Positions 46,860 through 60,598 of a stretch of 64,000 nucleotides of DNA are shown here, piece by piece. Both the position numbers and the translations under genes were made by a program. Positions within the stretch are counted from its first letter, which is position 1; each line of letters starts with the position of its first letter. Source of the DNA: an uncultured Mollicutes bacterium (lineage in GTDB: Bacteria; Bacillota_I; Bacilli_A; ML615J-28; CAG-313); contig UQBM01000001.1 of NCBI GenBank assembly GCA_900539265.1, positions 66,012-130,011 on the forward strand. Direction: 5' to 3'. The notes under the pieces are model-generated. The model was not told where the DNA came from, did not search any database, and was given only the letters and a program-made list of their open reading frames with translations.

Positions 46860-48444
46860 TAAATTATTGTTTTCATCTTCAGCAAGAGAAAAAATGACTA
46901 TTGGTGCTAAAACATTAGCAAATGCGGTAAAAGTAACGTTAGGTCCTAAAGGAAGAAATGTTGTAATTGAGCAAGATTTCGGTTCACCACTTATTGTTAA
47001 TGATGGAGTAACAATTGCTAAGTCGATTACTTTAGAGGATAAATATGAAAATTTAGGGGCATCAATTTTAATTGAAGCAGCTACTAAAACTAATGATTTA
47101 GTTGGTGATGGCACAACCACTGCTATTTTGCTTACTGCAACCCTAATAGAAGAAGGTATGAAAAAATTACAAAGTGGTGCTAATCCAGTAACTTTAAGAA
47201 ACGGATTAAATTTTTACTTGTCACATATTAATCAAATGATTGATGAAGTGTCAACTCCCGTTAAATCAAGCGACGATTTAGAACAAATTGCAACGATTTC
47301 ATCTGGTTCAAAAGAAATTGGTAAGCTTATTCGTGAGGCTTATCAAAATGTTGGTCAAGATGGTATTATTACCATTGAAGAATCTCAAGGACTTGAAGAT
47401 TATTTAGATGTGGTAAAAGGTTATTCTTTTGATCGAGGATTTTTATCTAGTTATATGGCAAATAATGAGACTAAAAATGAAGCTATTTTAGATAAACCTT
47501 TTGTTCTTGTTACTGATAAAAAAATTATTAGCATGCAAGAGTTATTGGTATATTTAGAAGAGGCTATCAAAAGAAGTAAACCACTTTTCATTATTTGTGA
47601 TGATATTGAACAAGAAGTTTTAGGAGCTCTTGTTGTCAATAAATTGCGTGGTGTTTTTAATGCGGTAGTAGTTAAGGCTCCATCATTTGGTGAAAGAAAG
47701 TTAAAACAATTAAAAGATATTGCAACAATTACTGGTGCTCAAATGGTAGATTCTAGCATTGGTATGGAACTTAGCAATAATGACACAAGTATTTTAGGAA
47801 TTGCAGAAAAAATAATTGTTTCAAAAGATCAGACAATTATTATTAGTAATTCTGAATTAACTGATAATATAAATTTGTATGCCAAATCCCTTCAAGAAGA
47901 ATTATTAAATACGACTAGTGAATATGACAAAGAAAAACTAGAAGAACGAATAGCTAAAATTTTAGGAGGAATTGCCCAAATTAAAATTGGAGCTGAGACA
48001 GAAATAGTTTTAAAAGAAAAAAAACTTCGAATTGAAGATGCACTAAATGCAACTAAGGCCGCAATGAAATCAGGCATTATTGAAGGTGGTGGCAAAGTAT
48101 TATATAAACTTTCAAATGCTTTGAAAAATATTGAGAATGCAGAACCATATCAACAAGCAAGAGAAATTTTAGAAATAGCTTTACAAAAACCTTTTATACA
48201 AATTTGTGAAAATGCAGGAGTTGACTATAAAGATATCTTACAAAGGGTTAGTGGTGATTTATGGTATGATGCTTTAAATAATAATATGGTTGATATGAAA
48301 CAAGTAGGAATTATCGATCCTGCTAGTGTAGAAAAAAGTGCAATTATGAGCGCAGTAAGTATTTCAGGAATCTTTTTAACAACCGAATGTGCAATTATCA
48401 ATGAGGATAAAAAAACGACTGTAAATGAGGAGAATTTATTGTAA
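46852..48444 (+). CDS. groEL: Chaperonin GroEL
   Basis: The start is the ATG at 46852 after GGAGG (8-nt overlap with groES). 'AREKMTIGAKTLANAVKVTLGPKGRNVVIEQ', 'VGDGTTTA', 'VVKAPSFGERR-like (GERK)', 'GGG'. The C-terminus ends with '...NEENLL' and has no GGM repeats. Confidence 0.92.
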   Translation: MSNKLLFSSSAREKMTIGAKTLANAVKVTLGPKGRNVVIEQDFGSPLIVNDGVTIAKSITLEDKYENLGASILIEAATKTNDLVGDGTTTAILLTATLIEEGMKKLQSGANPVTLRNGLNFYLSHINQMIDEVSTPVKSSDDLEQIATISSGSKEIGKLIREAYQNVGQDGIITIEESQGLEDYLDVVKGYSFDRGFLSSYMANNETKNEAILDKPFVLVTDKKIISMQELLVYLEEAIKRSKPLFIICDDIEQEVLGALVVNKLRGVFNAVVVKAPSFGERKLKQLKDIATITGAQMVDSSIGMELSNNDTSILGIAEKIIVSKDQTIIISNSELTDNINLYAKSLQEELLNTTSEYDKEKLEERIAKILGGIAQIKIGAETEIVLKEKKLRIEDALNATKAAMKSGIIEGGGKVLYKLSNALKNIENAEPYQQAREILEIALQKPFIQICENAGVDYKDILQRVSGDLWYDALNNNMVDMKQVGIIDPASVEKSAIMSAVSISGIFLTTECAIINEDKKTTVNEENLL

Positions 48445-50045
48445 TGATTGATTATCAAAATGATATGAGTAGGGTTGAACAACTTCTTAAAGATATTGAA
48501 AAATTAAAGGAAGAAAATCTTTTTTTGAAAGAAGAAATAAGAAGATTAAATTCAAGGCTTACAGGTTTAAACTCAACAAATACTCAAGTTAACATAAATT
48601 CACCATTAGTTGATTATTATATTAATCGTTATTTAGAAATTCATGATTATGTTTTAAATGCTAGAATTAGCATTTTGGATGAAGATATCCAAAAAACTGA
48701 AAATAATTATGAAGAATTAACTTCACGTGAGGATATGTTAGAAGAAATTGCCAAAAGAAATCAAAATCTAACAATTCAGATTGAAGAATTGGATGAAAAA
48801 ATTAAACAAAATAATCAATCATTGGAAAATGAAAAGGCTACTTTTCAAATAATTGCTAATAAAGTAACCGATTTAGAAAATAATTTATACTATGCAACAC
48901 TAGATTATTATAATAATTTAGTTAGTAAATTAAGTATTGGAAATGTTTATGAAACTTTGGAATATATGAATTTTGTTATAGATGTATTAAAATACACTCT
49001 ATATGATGAAGTAGTAAAATATTTAGACGATGCAAAAAATGCTTTGATTAAATTAGATGATTTAAACATTTTAGAATATGAAGTAAAAAATCAAAATATT
49101 ACTTATGAAAATGAAAAAAAGGTTTTATCCGAAAGTATAGAAGTTATCTCTTTTGAAGAAACGGAAAAGAAATTAGATGCCTTGGCATATGAGATTACTA
49201 CTAAAAAAACAACAAGGAGTGAATTATTAGAATTATTCGAAAATTTAAAAAAGCAAAATGTTAAATCCATTAAAGACGAAATTAAACATTTACAAATTTT
49301 GGAATATACAAATCAACAAATTGCTTTGAAAATGGATGATATCGTACTTAATTATAAAAATAATTTATCTAGTGTTGATACTTCTTCTAATATTTTATTA
49401 AATAAAAAATTATTGTTAAAAAAATTGAATGATAAGATGGAGACTATTAAACCATTTAAAGATAAATATGATAAATTAAATGATGAATATAATCAAATAC
49501 AGGCAATGTATAAAACTATTACCAATAATATTGATGAAATAGAAAACTATATTTCAGATGCTAAAAAAATAATGGATGCTAATCAGTCATTTATAAGAAC
49601 GATTAAAGAATATAATGAAACCAAAACCAAATTAGATTCTATTAAAATGAGTTTAGATTCAATTATTATCAGAGAAAAAAATCTTGCTGAAGCAAGAAAA
49701 CAAATATTAAATGATCCTTATGGGAAAACTGATTTAATTAGAATTGATGAAGAGTTGAAACTGGTTCAAGAAAGCATTGAAAGTTTTAATATAGAGTACA
49801 GACAATTAGAATCAAAAATATATAAATTAAAAGAGACAGAACAAGATTATAAAATTATTATGATATATGAAGAATATTTACTTTGTGAGGATAAACTTCC
49901 AAAATTATATGATAAGCAAAGAGCTTTAAGTTCACTTATAAGTGATAAATATGTTGAGGTTTCTAATGCCAAAATGAAATGTAATGAATATGAATCACTT
50001 TTAAAACAAATTGAGGAAGTTGAAGATGAGATTAACAATTTCTAA
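48444..50045 (+). CDS. Coiled-coil protein, unknown function
   Basis: The 533-aa protein is almost entirely heptad-like and rich in Lys/Glu/Asn/Leu. Its ATG overlaps the groEL stop (TAATG), with GAGGAG upstream. Confidence 0.65.
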   Translation: MIDYQNDMSRVEQLLKDIEKLKEENLFLKEEIRRLNSRLTGLNSTNTQVNINSPLVDYYINRYLEIHDYVLNARISILDEDIQKTENNYEELTSREDMLEEIAKRNQNLTIQIEELDEKIKQNNQSLENEKATFQIIANKVTDLENNLYYATLDYYNNLVSKLSIGNVYETLEYMNFVIDVLKYTLYDEVVKYLDDAKNALIKLDDLNILEYEVKNQNITYENEKKVLSESIEVISFEETEKKLDALAYEITTKKTTRSELLELFENLKKQNVKSIKDEIKHLQILEYTNQQIALKMDDIVLNYKNNLSSVDTSSNILLNKKLLLKKLNDKMETIKPFKDKYDKLNDEYNQIQAMYKTITNNIDEIENYISDAKKIMDANQSFIRTIKEYNETKTKLDSIKMSLDSIIIREKNLAEARKQILNDPYGKTDLIRIDEELKLVQESIESFNIEYRQLESKIYKLKETEQDYKIIMIYEEYLLCEDKLPKLYDKQRALSSLISDKYVEVSNAKMKCNEYESLLKQIEEVEDEINNF

Positions 50046-50703
50046 AGATTTAAAAGAAATCTTACCCTCTTTTTTAGTATCTGCTTATACATTTGATTTA
50101 CTTGAAAAAAATGATAAAGAAAACTTATCAAATGAGATTAGTGAGGCTTTAAATCAAATTGTTCAAGAATATCAAAAAAATTACTCTTTAGATATGGTCG
50201 TAAATATTAAGCGAATTAAACAAACAAGAGATGGATATAAAAAGTTAGGAAAAGATCCATCTCATACTAGAGCAGCTTGTGAGGCACTTTTAAGAAGAAT
50301 AATTAAAGATGGCCATATTTATCGGCTTGGTAATGTTATTGACGTTGGAAATTTAATTTCTTTAATATTTTTAAAAAGTGTTTGTGTTGTTGATTTAGAT
50401 CAAATTATAGGTGATATAAATATTAGAATAGGCACGAAAGAGGACTATTATTTTGGCATTAACCGTGGAAAAATTAATGTTGATCGTTTGCCACTTTATA
50501 CCGATGATGTAGCACCTTTTGGCAATCCTACTAGTGATACTTTAAGAACTTCAATAACATCGAATACTAGAAGGGTTTTAATTATGCTAATTCATTTTGA
50601 TACAGATGATGTATTACAAGATGAAGATAGAATGGTTGATATTTTAAATAGATATTTAAAAATTAAAAATTTAAATAAAATTAATTATGAGGAGAAAAAC
50701 TAA
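50026..50703 (+). CDS. Free-standing B3/B4 tRNA-binding domain protein (PheRS-beta-related)
   Basis: '[50 protein letters not shown]...[16 protein letters not shown]...[26 protein letters not shown]' follows the B3_4-domain family pattern. The ATG at 50026 follows GAGGAAG. Confidence 0.7.
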   Translation: MRLTISKDLKEILPSFLVSAYTFDLLEKNDKENLSNEISEALNQIVQEYQKNYSLDMVVNIKRIKQTRDGYKKLGKDPSHTRAACEALLRRIIKDGHIYRLGNVIDVGNLISLIFLKSVCVVDLDQIIGDINIRIGTKEDYYFGINRGKINVDRLPLYTDDVAPFGNPTSDTLRTSITSNTRRVLIMLIHFDTDDVLQDEDRMVDILNRYLKIKNLNKINYEEKN

Positions 50704-50704
50704 T

Positions 50705-52348
50705 ATGATGAACGATAGTTCAAATTTTATTAAGACAATTATGAAAAATGAATTAGAAATGGGAATTGTAGACCACATTCTAACTCGTTTTCCTCCCGAA
50801 CCTAATGCTTATTTGCATATAGGGCATGCAAGAGCAATTATTATGAATTTTGAACTGGCCAAATGCTTTGGTGGTGCAACTAATCTTCGCTTTGATGATA
50901 CTAATCCTTCAAAAGAAGATACAGAATATGTTGATGCAATTAAAAAGGATATTGAGTGGCTTGGTTATATTCCCAAAACAATCAATTATGGATCTAGTTA
51001 TTTTGATGCAACATATGAAAAAGCAGTTCTTTTAATTAAAAAGAATCTAGCATATGTTGATGATTTAGATCAAGAAACATTGTCAAAATATCGTGGTTCT
51101 ATCAATGAACCTGGTATTCCTTCTCCTTATAGAAATAGAACAATAGAAGAAAATTTAAAACTTTTTGAAGAAATGAAAAATGGTAAATACGCTAACGGAG
51201 AAAAAACATTACGAGCCAAAATTGATATGGCTAGTCCTAACATTAATTTAAGGGATCCCGTTATCTATCGAATAATGCATGTGTATCATCATCAAACCAA
51301 AGATAAGTGGTGCATTTATCCAATGTATGATTTTGCTCATCCTTTGCAAGATGCCTTTGAGGGAATTACGCATTCGCTTTGTAGTATTGAATTTGAAGAT
51401 CACCGACCACTTTATGATTGGGTTATTAATCATTGCGATGTTGTGGCAAAACCTCGTCAAATAGAGTGGGGACGCCTTGGCATCACTAATATGATTATGA
51501 GTAAACGATATTTGAAACAATTAGTTGATGAAAAATACGTTTCAGGGTATGATGATCCAAGAATGCCAACTCTTGTTGGTCTTAGAAGAAGAGGTTTCAC
51601 ACCCAATGCTATTAAAAATTTTATTTTATCAACAGGTTTATCTAAAATTAATTCAACTGTGGATTATGGAATGCTTGAACATTTTTTAAGAGAAGATTTA
51701 AAATTAACAACAATAAGGCCAATGGCAATTATTAATCCGCTCAAAGTTATCATTACAAATTATCCAAGTGATGAAATTGAATATGTTGAGGCAGTTAATA
51801 ATATGGAAAATGAGAGTCTTGGAACTCATAAGATGGCTTTTGGTAAAGTGCTTTATATTGAAAAAGAAGATTTTTGTGAGATTAAGCCTAATAAACATTG
51901 GAAACGTCTTGCAAAAGATGTTGAAGTAAGATTAATGCATGCTTATTTTATTAAATGCAATGAGGTTATTAAGGATGAAAATGGTAATATTTTAGAAATT
52001 CATTGCACTTATGATCCAAAAACTAAATCTGGAACGGGATTTAATGAAAGAAAACCTAATGGTACAATTCATTATGTTGAAGCTAGTACTGCTCTAAAAG
52101 CAACTTTCAATATTTTTGAACCACTTATTATTGATGAAAAAGTTTCTACTGATAATTTTAAAGAACGTTTAAATAAAGATTCATGGCAAGTATTTGAAGG
52201 GTTTGTTGAAGCTGTACTTAAAGATAGTAAACCAATGGATAAATATCAATTTATTCGTAATGGTTACTATACAACTGATTATACATCCAAAGGAGATAAG
52301 TTGGTTTTCAACCGTATTGTGGGGTTAAAATCATCTTTTACAGCATAA
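50705..52348 (+). CDS. glnS: Glutamine--tRNA ligase
   Basis: It matches the remembered E. coli GlnRS closely: '[16 protein letters not shown]', '[28 protein letters not shown]', 'IMSKR'. The ATG at 50705 follows GAGGAG. Confidence 0.9.
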   Translation: MMNDSSNFIKTIMKNELEMGIVDHILTRFPPEPNAYLHIGHARAIIMNFELAKCFGGATNLRFDDTNPSKEDTEYVDAIKKDIEWLGYIPKTINYGSSYFDATYEKAVLLIKKNLAYVDDLDQETLSKYRGSINEPGIPSPYRNRTIEENLKLFEEMKNGKYANGEKTLRAKIDMASPNINLRDPVIYRIMHVYHHQTKDKWCIYPMYDFAHPLQDAFEGITHSLCSIEFEDHRPLYDWVINHCDVVAKPRQIEWGRLGITNMIMSKRYLKQLVDEKYVSGYDDPRMPTLVGLRRRGFTPNAIKNFILSTGLSKINSTVDYGMLEHFLREDLKLTTIRPMAIINPLKVIITNYPSDEIEYVEAVNNMENESLGTHKMAFGKVLYIEKEDFCEIKPNKHWKRLAKDVEVRLMHAYFIKCNEVIKDENGNILEIHCTYDPKTKSGTGFNERKPNGTIHYVEASTALKATFNIFEPLIIDEKVSTDNFKERLNKDSWQVFEGFVEAVLKDSKPMDKYQFIRNGYYTTDYTSKGDKLVFNRIVGLKSSFTA

Positions 52349-52349
52349 T

Positions 52350-54443
52350 ATGGAAAATAGTGATTATTTGAAAAATTTAAATGAGAATCAACTTGAAGCT
52401 GTAAAAACAATTAATGGTCCTGTTATGGTGTTTGCAGGAGCGGGAACTGGTAAAACTAGAACCCTCATTTCTAGAATTGTATATATGATAAAAGAATGTA
52501 ATATTCAGCCCTATAATATCTTAGCAATCACTTTTACTAAAAAAGCTACTAATGAAATGCGAGAACGTCTAGAAAAGCAAATTGATGATAATGCTAAGTT
52601 TGTACACATTTCGACTATTCATTCTTTATGTGCAAATATTTTAAGAAGGAATGCAACATATTTAGATTATGGGCGAAATTTTGAAGTTATCGATGAAGAA
52701 GATCAAGTAAAAATCTTAAATGAAATATATAAAAAATCAGAAATTAACCGACGTGTTTTATCACCTAAGGTGGCAATTAAAGCCATTGGTGATTTTAAAA
52801 ATAAATCATGTTTAGAATTAGTTGGCCTTTTAAAAACTGTTTATAATGAATATCAAACGTTTTTGAAGGAAAATAATATGATGGATTTTGAAGATTTACT
52901 TGTTTTAACTTATAAACTTTTTAAAGAAAATCCTAATATCTTAGAATATTATCAAAATGAATTTAAATATATTTTAGTTGATGAATTACAAGATACCAAT
53001 GTTGTTCAGTATGATATTATTAATTTGTTGTGTCAAAAATATGAAAATATTTTTGCTGTAGGTGATGATGATCAAAGCATATATTCTTTTAGAGGTGCTA
53101 AAATTGAAAATATGATGAAGTTTAAAGAAGATCATCCTAATGCTAAAATAATTAAATTAGTAGAAAATTATCGATCAACTAATATGATTTTAAAAGGTTC
53201 AAATGCAGTTATTAAAAATAATAAAATTAGAGAACCAAAAGAATTATTTAGTAAGAAGATTGGTTCTAAAAGTGATGTAACAATTCAAGAAGCTTACTAT
53301 TATGAAGATGAAGTTAGATATATAACCAATGAGATTATGACTCTTGTGAATCATAATGGCTATGCGTATAGTGATATTGCTGTAATATATCGTAATGGAG
53401 CATTATCTCGTAATTTTGAAATTGCGTTTATTCAAGAAAAAATACCCTATAACATTTATGGTAGTTTTGCCTTTTTGAAACGTAAAGAAGTAAAAGATAT
53501 GATTAGTTATTTACGTTTTATTGCAGATCCGTCTAAAATTGTTCACTTTAAAAGAATTATAAATGTTCCTAGTCGTGGTGTTGGTGAAAAAACGATTGAA
53601 AAGTTGCAAGAATATATGAAAGAATATGATTGTGATATTCTTTCATCAATTGATATTTTTAAAAAAAATAATACAACTTCTAAAACGGAAGCTTTAATTG
53701 ATTTTAAAAATATGATTGAAAATTTAGCAAAAGTTTTAAATGAGATGTCGATGCCAGAATTTTTTGATTATATGCTTGAAAAAACTGGTTATATGGAGAT
53801 GTTAAAAGCGGAAGCAGAAGCAGATGAAATTAATCGAATTGATAATGTAAAAGAGTTTAAATCTATTTTATATCAAATTGAATATAATAATTTAGATCAA
53901 GATTTGACTCAAGCAGAAGAGATTGAAATTGGTTTAGACGAACTTTTACTTGATACATCAATGATTGATGATCATACAACAAATGGTGTAGTTTTATCAA
54001 CTATTCATTCAGTCAAGGGATTGGAATTTAAAGCCGTATTTGTTGTTGGTTTAGAAGAAGGAATTTTTCCTGCTATTAGAGAAGAAGTTGATATGGAAGA
54101 AGAAAGAAGAGTTGCCTATGTTGCCTTTACTAGAGCAAAAGAAAAACTTTATATTACTTGTTCGGCAAGAAGATTAATATATGGTAGACTCGTTAGAAAT
54201 CCTAAATCAAGATTTTTAATTGAATATTTGAATGCGGAAGACATTAAAAAAGCAGTTGAGGAGAAAAAAATAAAAGAAATTTTACCAGGTGAAATTGAAG
54301 TAGGTTCAAGAATAAACCATAAATTTTTTGGCAATGGTCTTGTAATTGCTAAAGATGATTATTATGTTCAAATTTTATTTGATAAAGATCAGTCAATTAA
54401 AAAAATTTCTAAGGGTCATCCAACCCTTACAAAGATTGCTTAA
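52350..54443 (+). CDS. pcrA: ATP-dependent DNA helicase PcrA (UvrD/Rep family)
   Basis: 'LNENQLEAVKT..GPVMVFAGAGTGKTRTL', 'ILVDELQDTN', 'VGDDDQSIYSFRGA', 'NYRST', 'STIHSVKGLEF', 'RRVAYVAFTRAK'. Confidence 0.9.
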   Translation: MENSDYLKNLNENQLEAVKTINGPVMVFAGAGTGKTRTLISRIVYMIKECNIQPYNILAITFTKKATNEMRERLEKQIDDNAKFVHISTIHSLCANILRRNATYLDYGRNFEVIDEEDQVKILNEIYKKSEINRRVLSPKVAIKAIGDFKNKSCLELVGLLKTVYNEYQTFLKENNMMDFEDLLVLTYKLFKENPNILEYYQNEFKYILVDELQDTNVVQYDIINLLCQKYENIFAVGDDDQSIYSFRGAKIENMMKFKEDHPNAKIIKLVENYRSTNMILKGSNAVIKNNKIREPKELFSKKIGSKSDVTIQEAYYYEDEVRYITNEIMTLVNHNGYAYSDIAVIYRNGALSRNFEIAFIQEKIPYNIYGSFAFLKRKEVKDMISYLRFIADPSKIVHFKRIINVPSRGVGEKTIEKLQEYMKEYDCDILSSIDIFKKNNTTSKTEALIDFKNMIENLAKVLNEMSMPEFFDYMLEKTGYMEMLKAEAEADEINRIDNVKEFKSILYQIEYNNLDQDLTQAEEIEIGLDELLLDTSMIDDHTTNGVVLSTIHSVKGLEFKAVFVVGLEEGIFPAIREEVDMEEERRVAYVAFTRAKEKLYITCSARRLIYGRLVRNPKSRFLIEYLNAEDIKKAVEEKKIKEILPGEIEVGSRINHKFFGNGLVIAKDDYYVQILFDKDQSIKKISKGHPTLTKIA

Positions 54444-57165
<2,722 letters not shown>

Positions 57166-57192
57166 AAATGATAGCATTTAGAAAGGATAGAT

Positions 57193-60030
57193 ATGGATAG
57201 TGGAAAAATAATTATTAAAGGTGCAAGAGAAAATAATTTAAAAAATATTAATCTAGAAATTCCTCGTAATAAACTGATTGTTATGACAGGAGTTTCCGGT
57301 TCTGGTAAAAGTTCTCTTGCCTTTGATACAATATATGCAGAAGGACAAAGAAGATATGTCGAAAGCCTTTCAGCATATGCTAGACAATTTTTAGATAATG
57401 TTGATAAGCCTGATGTTGATTCAATTGAAGGATTGTCACCAGCTATTTCAATTGATCAAAAGACAACTAGTCGAAATCCTCGTTCAACTGTTGGAACAGT
57501 TACTGAGATATATGACTATTTAAGATTACTATATGCTAGAATTGGTCATCCGATATGTCCTAATCATCATATTGAAATAGCCTCTCAAACGATTGAACAA
57601 ATGTGTGATAAGGTTTTGACATATGAAGAAGATTCGAAAATAACCATTTTATCACCGATTGCAGAAGGTAGAAAAGGTACTTTTGAGAAAACTTTAGATT
57701 TATTACGAAAAGATGGTTATTCAAAAGTTATCATTGATGATGAAATGTATGAATTAGATGAAGAATTTAATCTTGATAAAAATAAAAAACATAATATACT
57801 AGTTGTAGTTGATAGATTAAAATTAAAAAAGGATATTAGAAGTCGACTTTATGAATCTTTAGAGGCAGCATGTAATTTATCCGATGGTATTATCTATGTT
57901 GATATTAATGATGAAAGATTATTATTTTCTGAACACTATGCATGTCCATATTGTGAGTTTACGGTTGGTAAATTAGAACCTACACTTTTTTCGTTTAATT
58001 CACCACTTGGTGCATGTCCAACTTGTCATGGGCTTGGTTTTATTTCAACAATTGATCCATCACTTCTTGTAACTGATGAAAATTTGTCAATAGCAGACGG
58101 GGCTATTAGGTACCTAAAAAATATTATTTTTACGGAAAATTTAGAATGGCAAATGTATAAGGTTTTATTTGAATATTATAATATTGATCTTTTTAAGCCA
58201 TATAAAGATTTAAGCGATGAACAAAAAGATATTATTCTTAATGGTTCTAAAGAACCTATTAAATATGAGATTCATTCTAGTGGTGGCATAACAATGCGTA
58301 AAAACAAAGTAATTGAGGGTTTAGCGACTCTTATTACTAGAAGATATGCTGAAACATCCTCATCAATGCAAAGAGAATACTATGGATCTTATATGAAAGA
58401 AATGATATGTCCTACTTGTAATGGTAAAAGATTATCAGAGATAGCTTTATCAGTTAAAGTAGGTGGAAAAAATATTTATGAATTTACTCAAATGTCTATT
58501 TTACAAGCTTTAGATTTTATTGAAGGATTAAAACTTTCAATTGTTGAGGCTAAAATTAGTAATTTAGTTTTGAAAGAAATAAAAAATAGACTTTCTTTTT
58601 TAAAAGAAGTAGGGCTTGAATATTTAACATTATCTCGAAAAGCAGGAACTTTATCTGGAGGCGAAGCTCAAAGAATTCGCCTTGCTACTCAAATAGGTTC
58701 AAAACTCATAGGTGTTTTATATGTTTTAGATGAACCATCAATAGGACTTCATCAAAGAGATAATCATAAATTAATTGATGCTTTAAAAGAGATGCGAGAT
58801 TTAGGAAATACTTTAGTAGTTGTTGAACATGATGAAGAAATTATGCATGAGTGTGATTATATCGTTGATATAGGACCATACGCTGGAGTACATGGTGGTG
58901 AAGTTGTTGCCCTAGGAACACCAAAAGAAATAATGGAAAATAAAAATTCTATAACAGGAGATTATTTAAGTGGTAGAAGAAAAATTGAAGTTCCCAAGAT
59001 TAGAAGAGTTGGTAGTGGCAAATCTTTAATAATTCATGGATGTAAGGCTAATAATTTAAAGAATATTGATGTAGAAATTCCGTTACAAAAATTAATTGTA
59101 GTTACTGGTGTATCTGGTTCTGGTAAATCAACTTTGGTTAATGATATATTATACAATGCGATTTCAAATAAGTTATATAAAACTAAAGTTGATATTGGTG
59201 AGCATGATTATATTGAAGGACTTGATGAGATTGATCGTGTAATTAATATTGATCAGGCTCCCATCGGTAGAACTCCAAGAAGTAATCCAGCAACATATAC
59301 GGGTGTTTTTGATCCAATTAGAGATTTATTTGCCACAACCATTGAAGCTAAAAAAAGAGGGTATACTAAAAGTAGATTTTCTTTTAATGTAAAAGGTGGA
59401 AGATGTGAATCTTGTGGTGGTGATGGTGTTATTAGAATTTCCATGAATTTTTTGCCAGATGTTTATGTACCTTGCGAAGCATGTCATGGCTCTAGATATA
59501 ATAGAGAAACTTTAGAATGCAAATATAAAGATAAAAATATTGCGGATGTTTTAGATATGACAGTTGATGAGGCACTAGGTTTTTTTGAAAATATTCCTAC
59601 GATTTATCCTAAAATTAAAACAATGAAAGATGTTGGTCTCGGTTATGTTAAATTGGGTCAAAGTGCTACAACTCTATCTGGCGGTGAAGCACAAAGGGTT
59701 AAACTTGCTAGTGAACTACATAAAAAAATTACTGATAAAACGATTTTTATTTTTGATGAACCGACTACTGGATTACACACTTATGATGTTGATCAGTTAA
59801 TGAAAATGATTGAAAATATTGTCGATATGAAAGCAACAGCAGTTATTATTGAGCATAATTTAGATGTTATTAAGTTAGCTGATTATATCATTGATTTAGG
59901 TCCAAATGGTGGTGATGATGGTGGGCAAGTAATTGCAACCGGTACACCTGAGGAGGTAATGGAAAATCCTGATTCATATACAGGATATTATTTAAAAAAA
60001 GTATTAGTTGGTAATTGGAGTAAAAAATAA
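57193..60030 (+). CDS. uvrA: Excinuclease ABC subunit A
   Basis: Two ABC modules (GVSGSGKSS / GVSGSGKST; LSGGEAQR twice) and zinc modules ('CPYCEF...CPTCHG', 'CESCGGDG...CEACHG'). Confidence 0.95.
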   Translation: MDSGKIIIKGARENNLKNINLEIPRNKLIVMTGVSGSGKSSLAFDTIYAEGQRRYVESLSAYARQFLDNVDKPDVDSIEGLSPAISIDQKTTSRNPRSTVGTVTEIYDYLRLLYARIGHPICPNHHIEIASQTIEQMCDKVLTYEEDSKITILSPIAEGRKGTFEKTLDLLRKDGYSKVIIDDEMYELDEEFNLDKNKKHNILVVVDRLKLKKDIRSRLYESLEAACNLSDGIIYVDINDERLLFSEHYACPYCEFTVGKLEPTLFSFNSPLGACPTCHGLGFISTIDPSLLVTDENLSIADGAIRYLKNIIFTENLEWQMYKVLFEYYNIDLFKPYKDLSDEQKDIILNGSKEPIKYEIHSSGGITMRKNKVIEGLATLITRRYAETSSSMQREYYGSYMKEMICPTCNGKRLSEIALSVKVGGKNIYEFTQMSILQALDFIEGLKLSIVEAKISNLVLKEIKNRLSFLKEVGLEYLTLSRKAGTLSGGEAQRIRLATQIGSKLIGVLYVLDEPSIGLHQRDNHKLIDALKEMRDLGNTLVVVEHDEEIMHECDYIVDIGPYAGVHGGEVVALGTPKEIMENKNSITGDYLSGRRKIEVPKIRRVGSGKSLIIHGCKANNLKNIDVEIPLQKLIVVTGVSGSGKSTLVNDILYNAISNKLYKTKVDIGEHDYIEGLDEIDRVINIDQAPIGRTPRSNPATYTGVFDPIRDLFATTIEAKKRGYTKSRFSFNVKGGRCESCGGDGVIRISMNFLPDVYVPCEACHGSRYNRETLECKYKDKNIADVLDMTVDEALGFFENIPTIYPKIKTMKDVGLGYVKLGQSATTLSGGEAQRVKLASELHKKITDKTIFIFDEPTTGLHTYDVDQLMKMIENIVDMKATAVIIEHNLDVIKLADYIIDLGPNGGDDGGQVIATGTPEEVMENPDSYTGYYLKKVLVGNWSKK

Positions 60031-60033
60031 TAA

Positions 60034-60076
60034 AAAACAAAGGTTTAAATATTGTTTTTAAATCTTTGTTTTTTAT
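60034..60076 (+). terminator. Rho-independent terminator
   Basis: The stem pairs aaaacaaaggtttaaa with tttaaatctttgtttt (one G-U pair) and is followed by TTTT. Confidence 0.7.
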
Positions 60077-60087
60077 TTGTACAATTT

Positions 60088-60133
60088 TTGACTTTCAATT
60101 ATTTTTATGTTAAAATAGTTGTGTACGCAACTA
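60088..60133 (+). promoter_or_regulatory. Promoter plus a palindromic candidate MarR operator
   Basis: TTGACT (60088-60093), a 17-nt spacer, then TAAAAT (60111-60116). The inverted repeat tagttgtgtacgcaacta (60116-60133) overlaps the expected transcription start. Confidence 0.5.
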
Positions 60134-60157
60134 ATTTTGATGAAAGAGGTGAAGACT

Positions 60158-60598
60158 GTGACAACCCTTATGAGACAAATTAATGTAATTAGTAGATGTG
60201 CCGCTAGTTATCGTGGTGAAAAGTTTAAAGATTTAAAACTTTGTGCTGCTCATCATAGTTACATTATCAATATTTGTAAAAAACCAGGAATATCACAAGA
60301 AGAGTTAGTTAGACATATTTGTGTAGATAAGAGCAATGTTGCTAGACAAGTTTTTAATTTAGAAAATTTAGGATATATTAAAAGGATACAAAGCCAAAAA
60401 GATAAAAGGGTTATTGAAATTTATCCAACATCTAAAGCCTTAGAAATATTACCATATGTAAAAGAAGTTGTAAAGTTTTGGAATGAATATGTTACTCAAG
60501 ATTTAAGTGATGAAGAATTGAAATTACTTATGAAAATGATGGATAAACTTGTTAATCGAGCAAAAGGATATTTTGAAAATCAAGAGGTGAATAAATGA
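60158..60598 (+). CDS. MarR-family transcriptional regulator
   Basis: Winged-HTH 'GISQEELVRHICVDKSNVARQVFNLENLGYIKRIQSQKDKRVIEIYPT'. The start is ambiguous: the GTG at 60158 after AGAGGTGA, or the ATG at 60170. Confidence 0.8.
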   Translation: MTTLMRQINVISRCAASYRGEKFKDLKLCAAHHSYIINICKKPGISQEELVRHICVDKSNVARQVFNLENLGYIKRIQSQKDKRVIEIYPTSKALEILPYVKEVVKFWNEYVTQDLSDEELKLLMKMMDKLVNRAKGYFENQEVNK

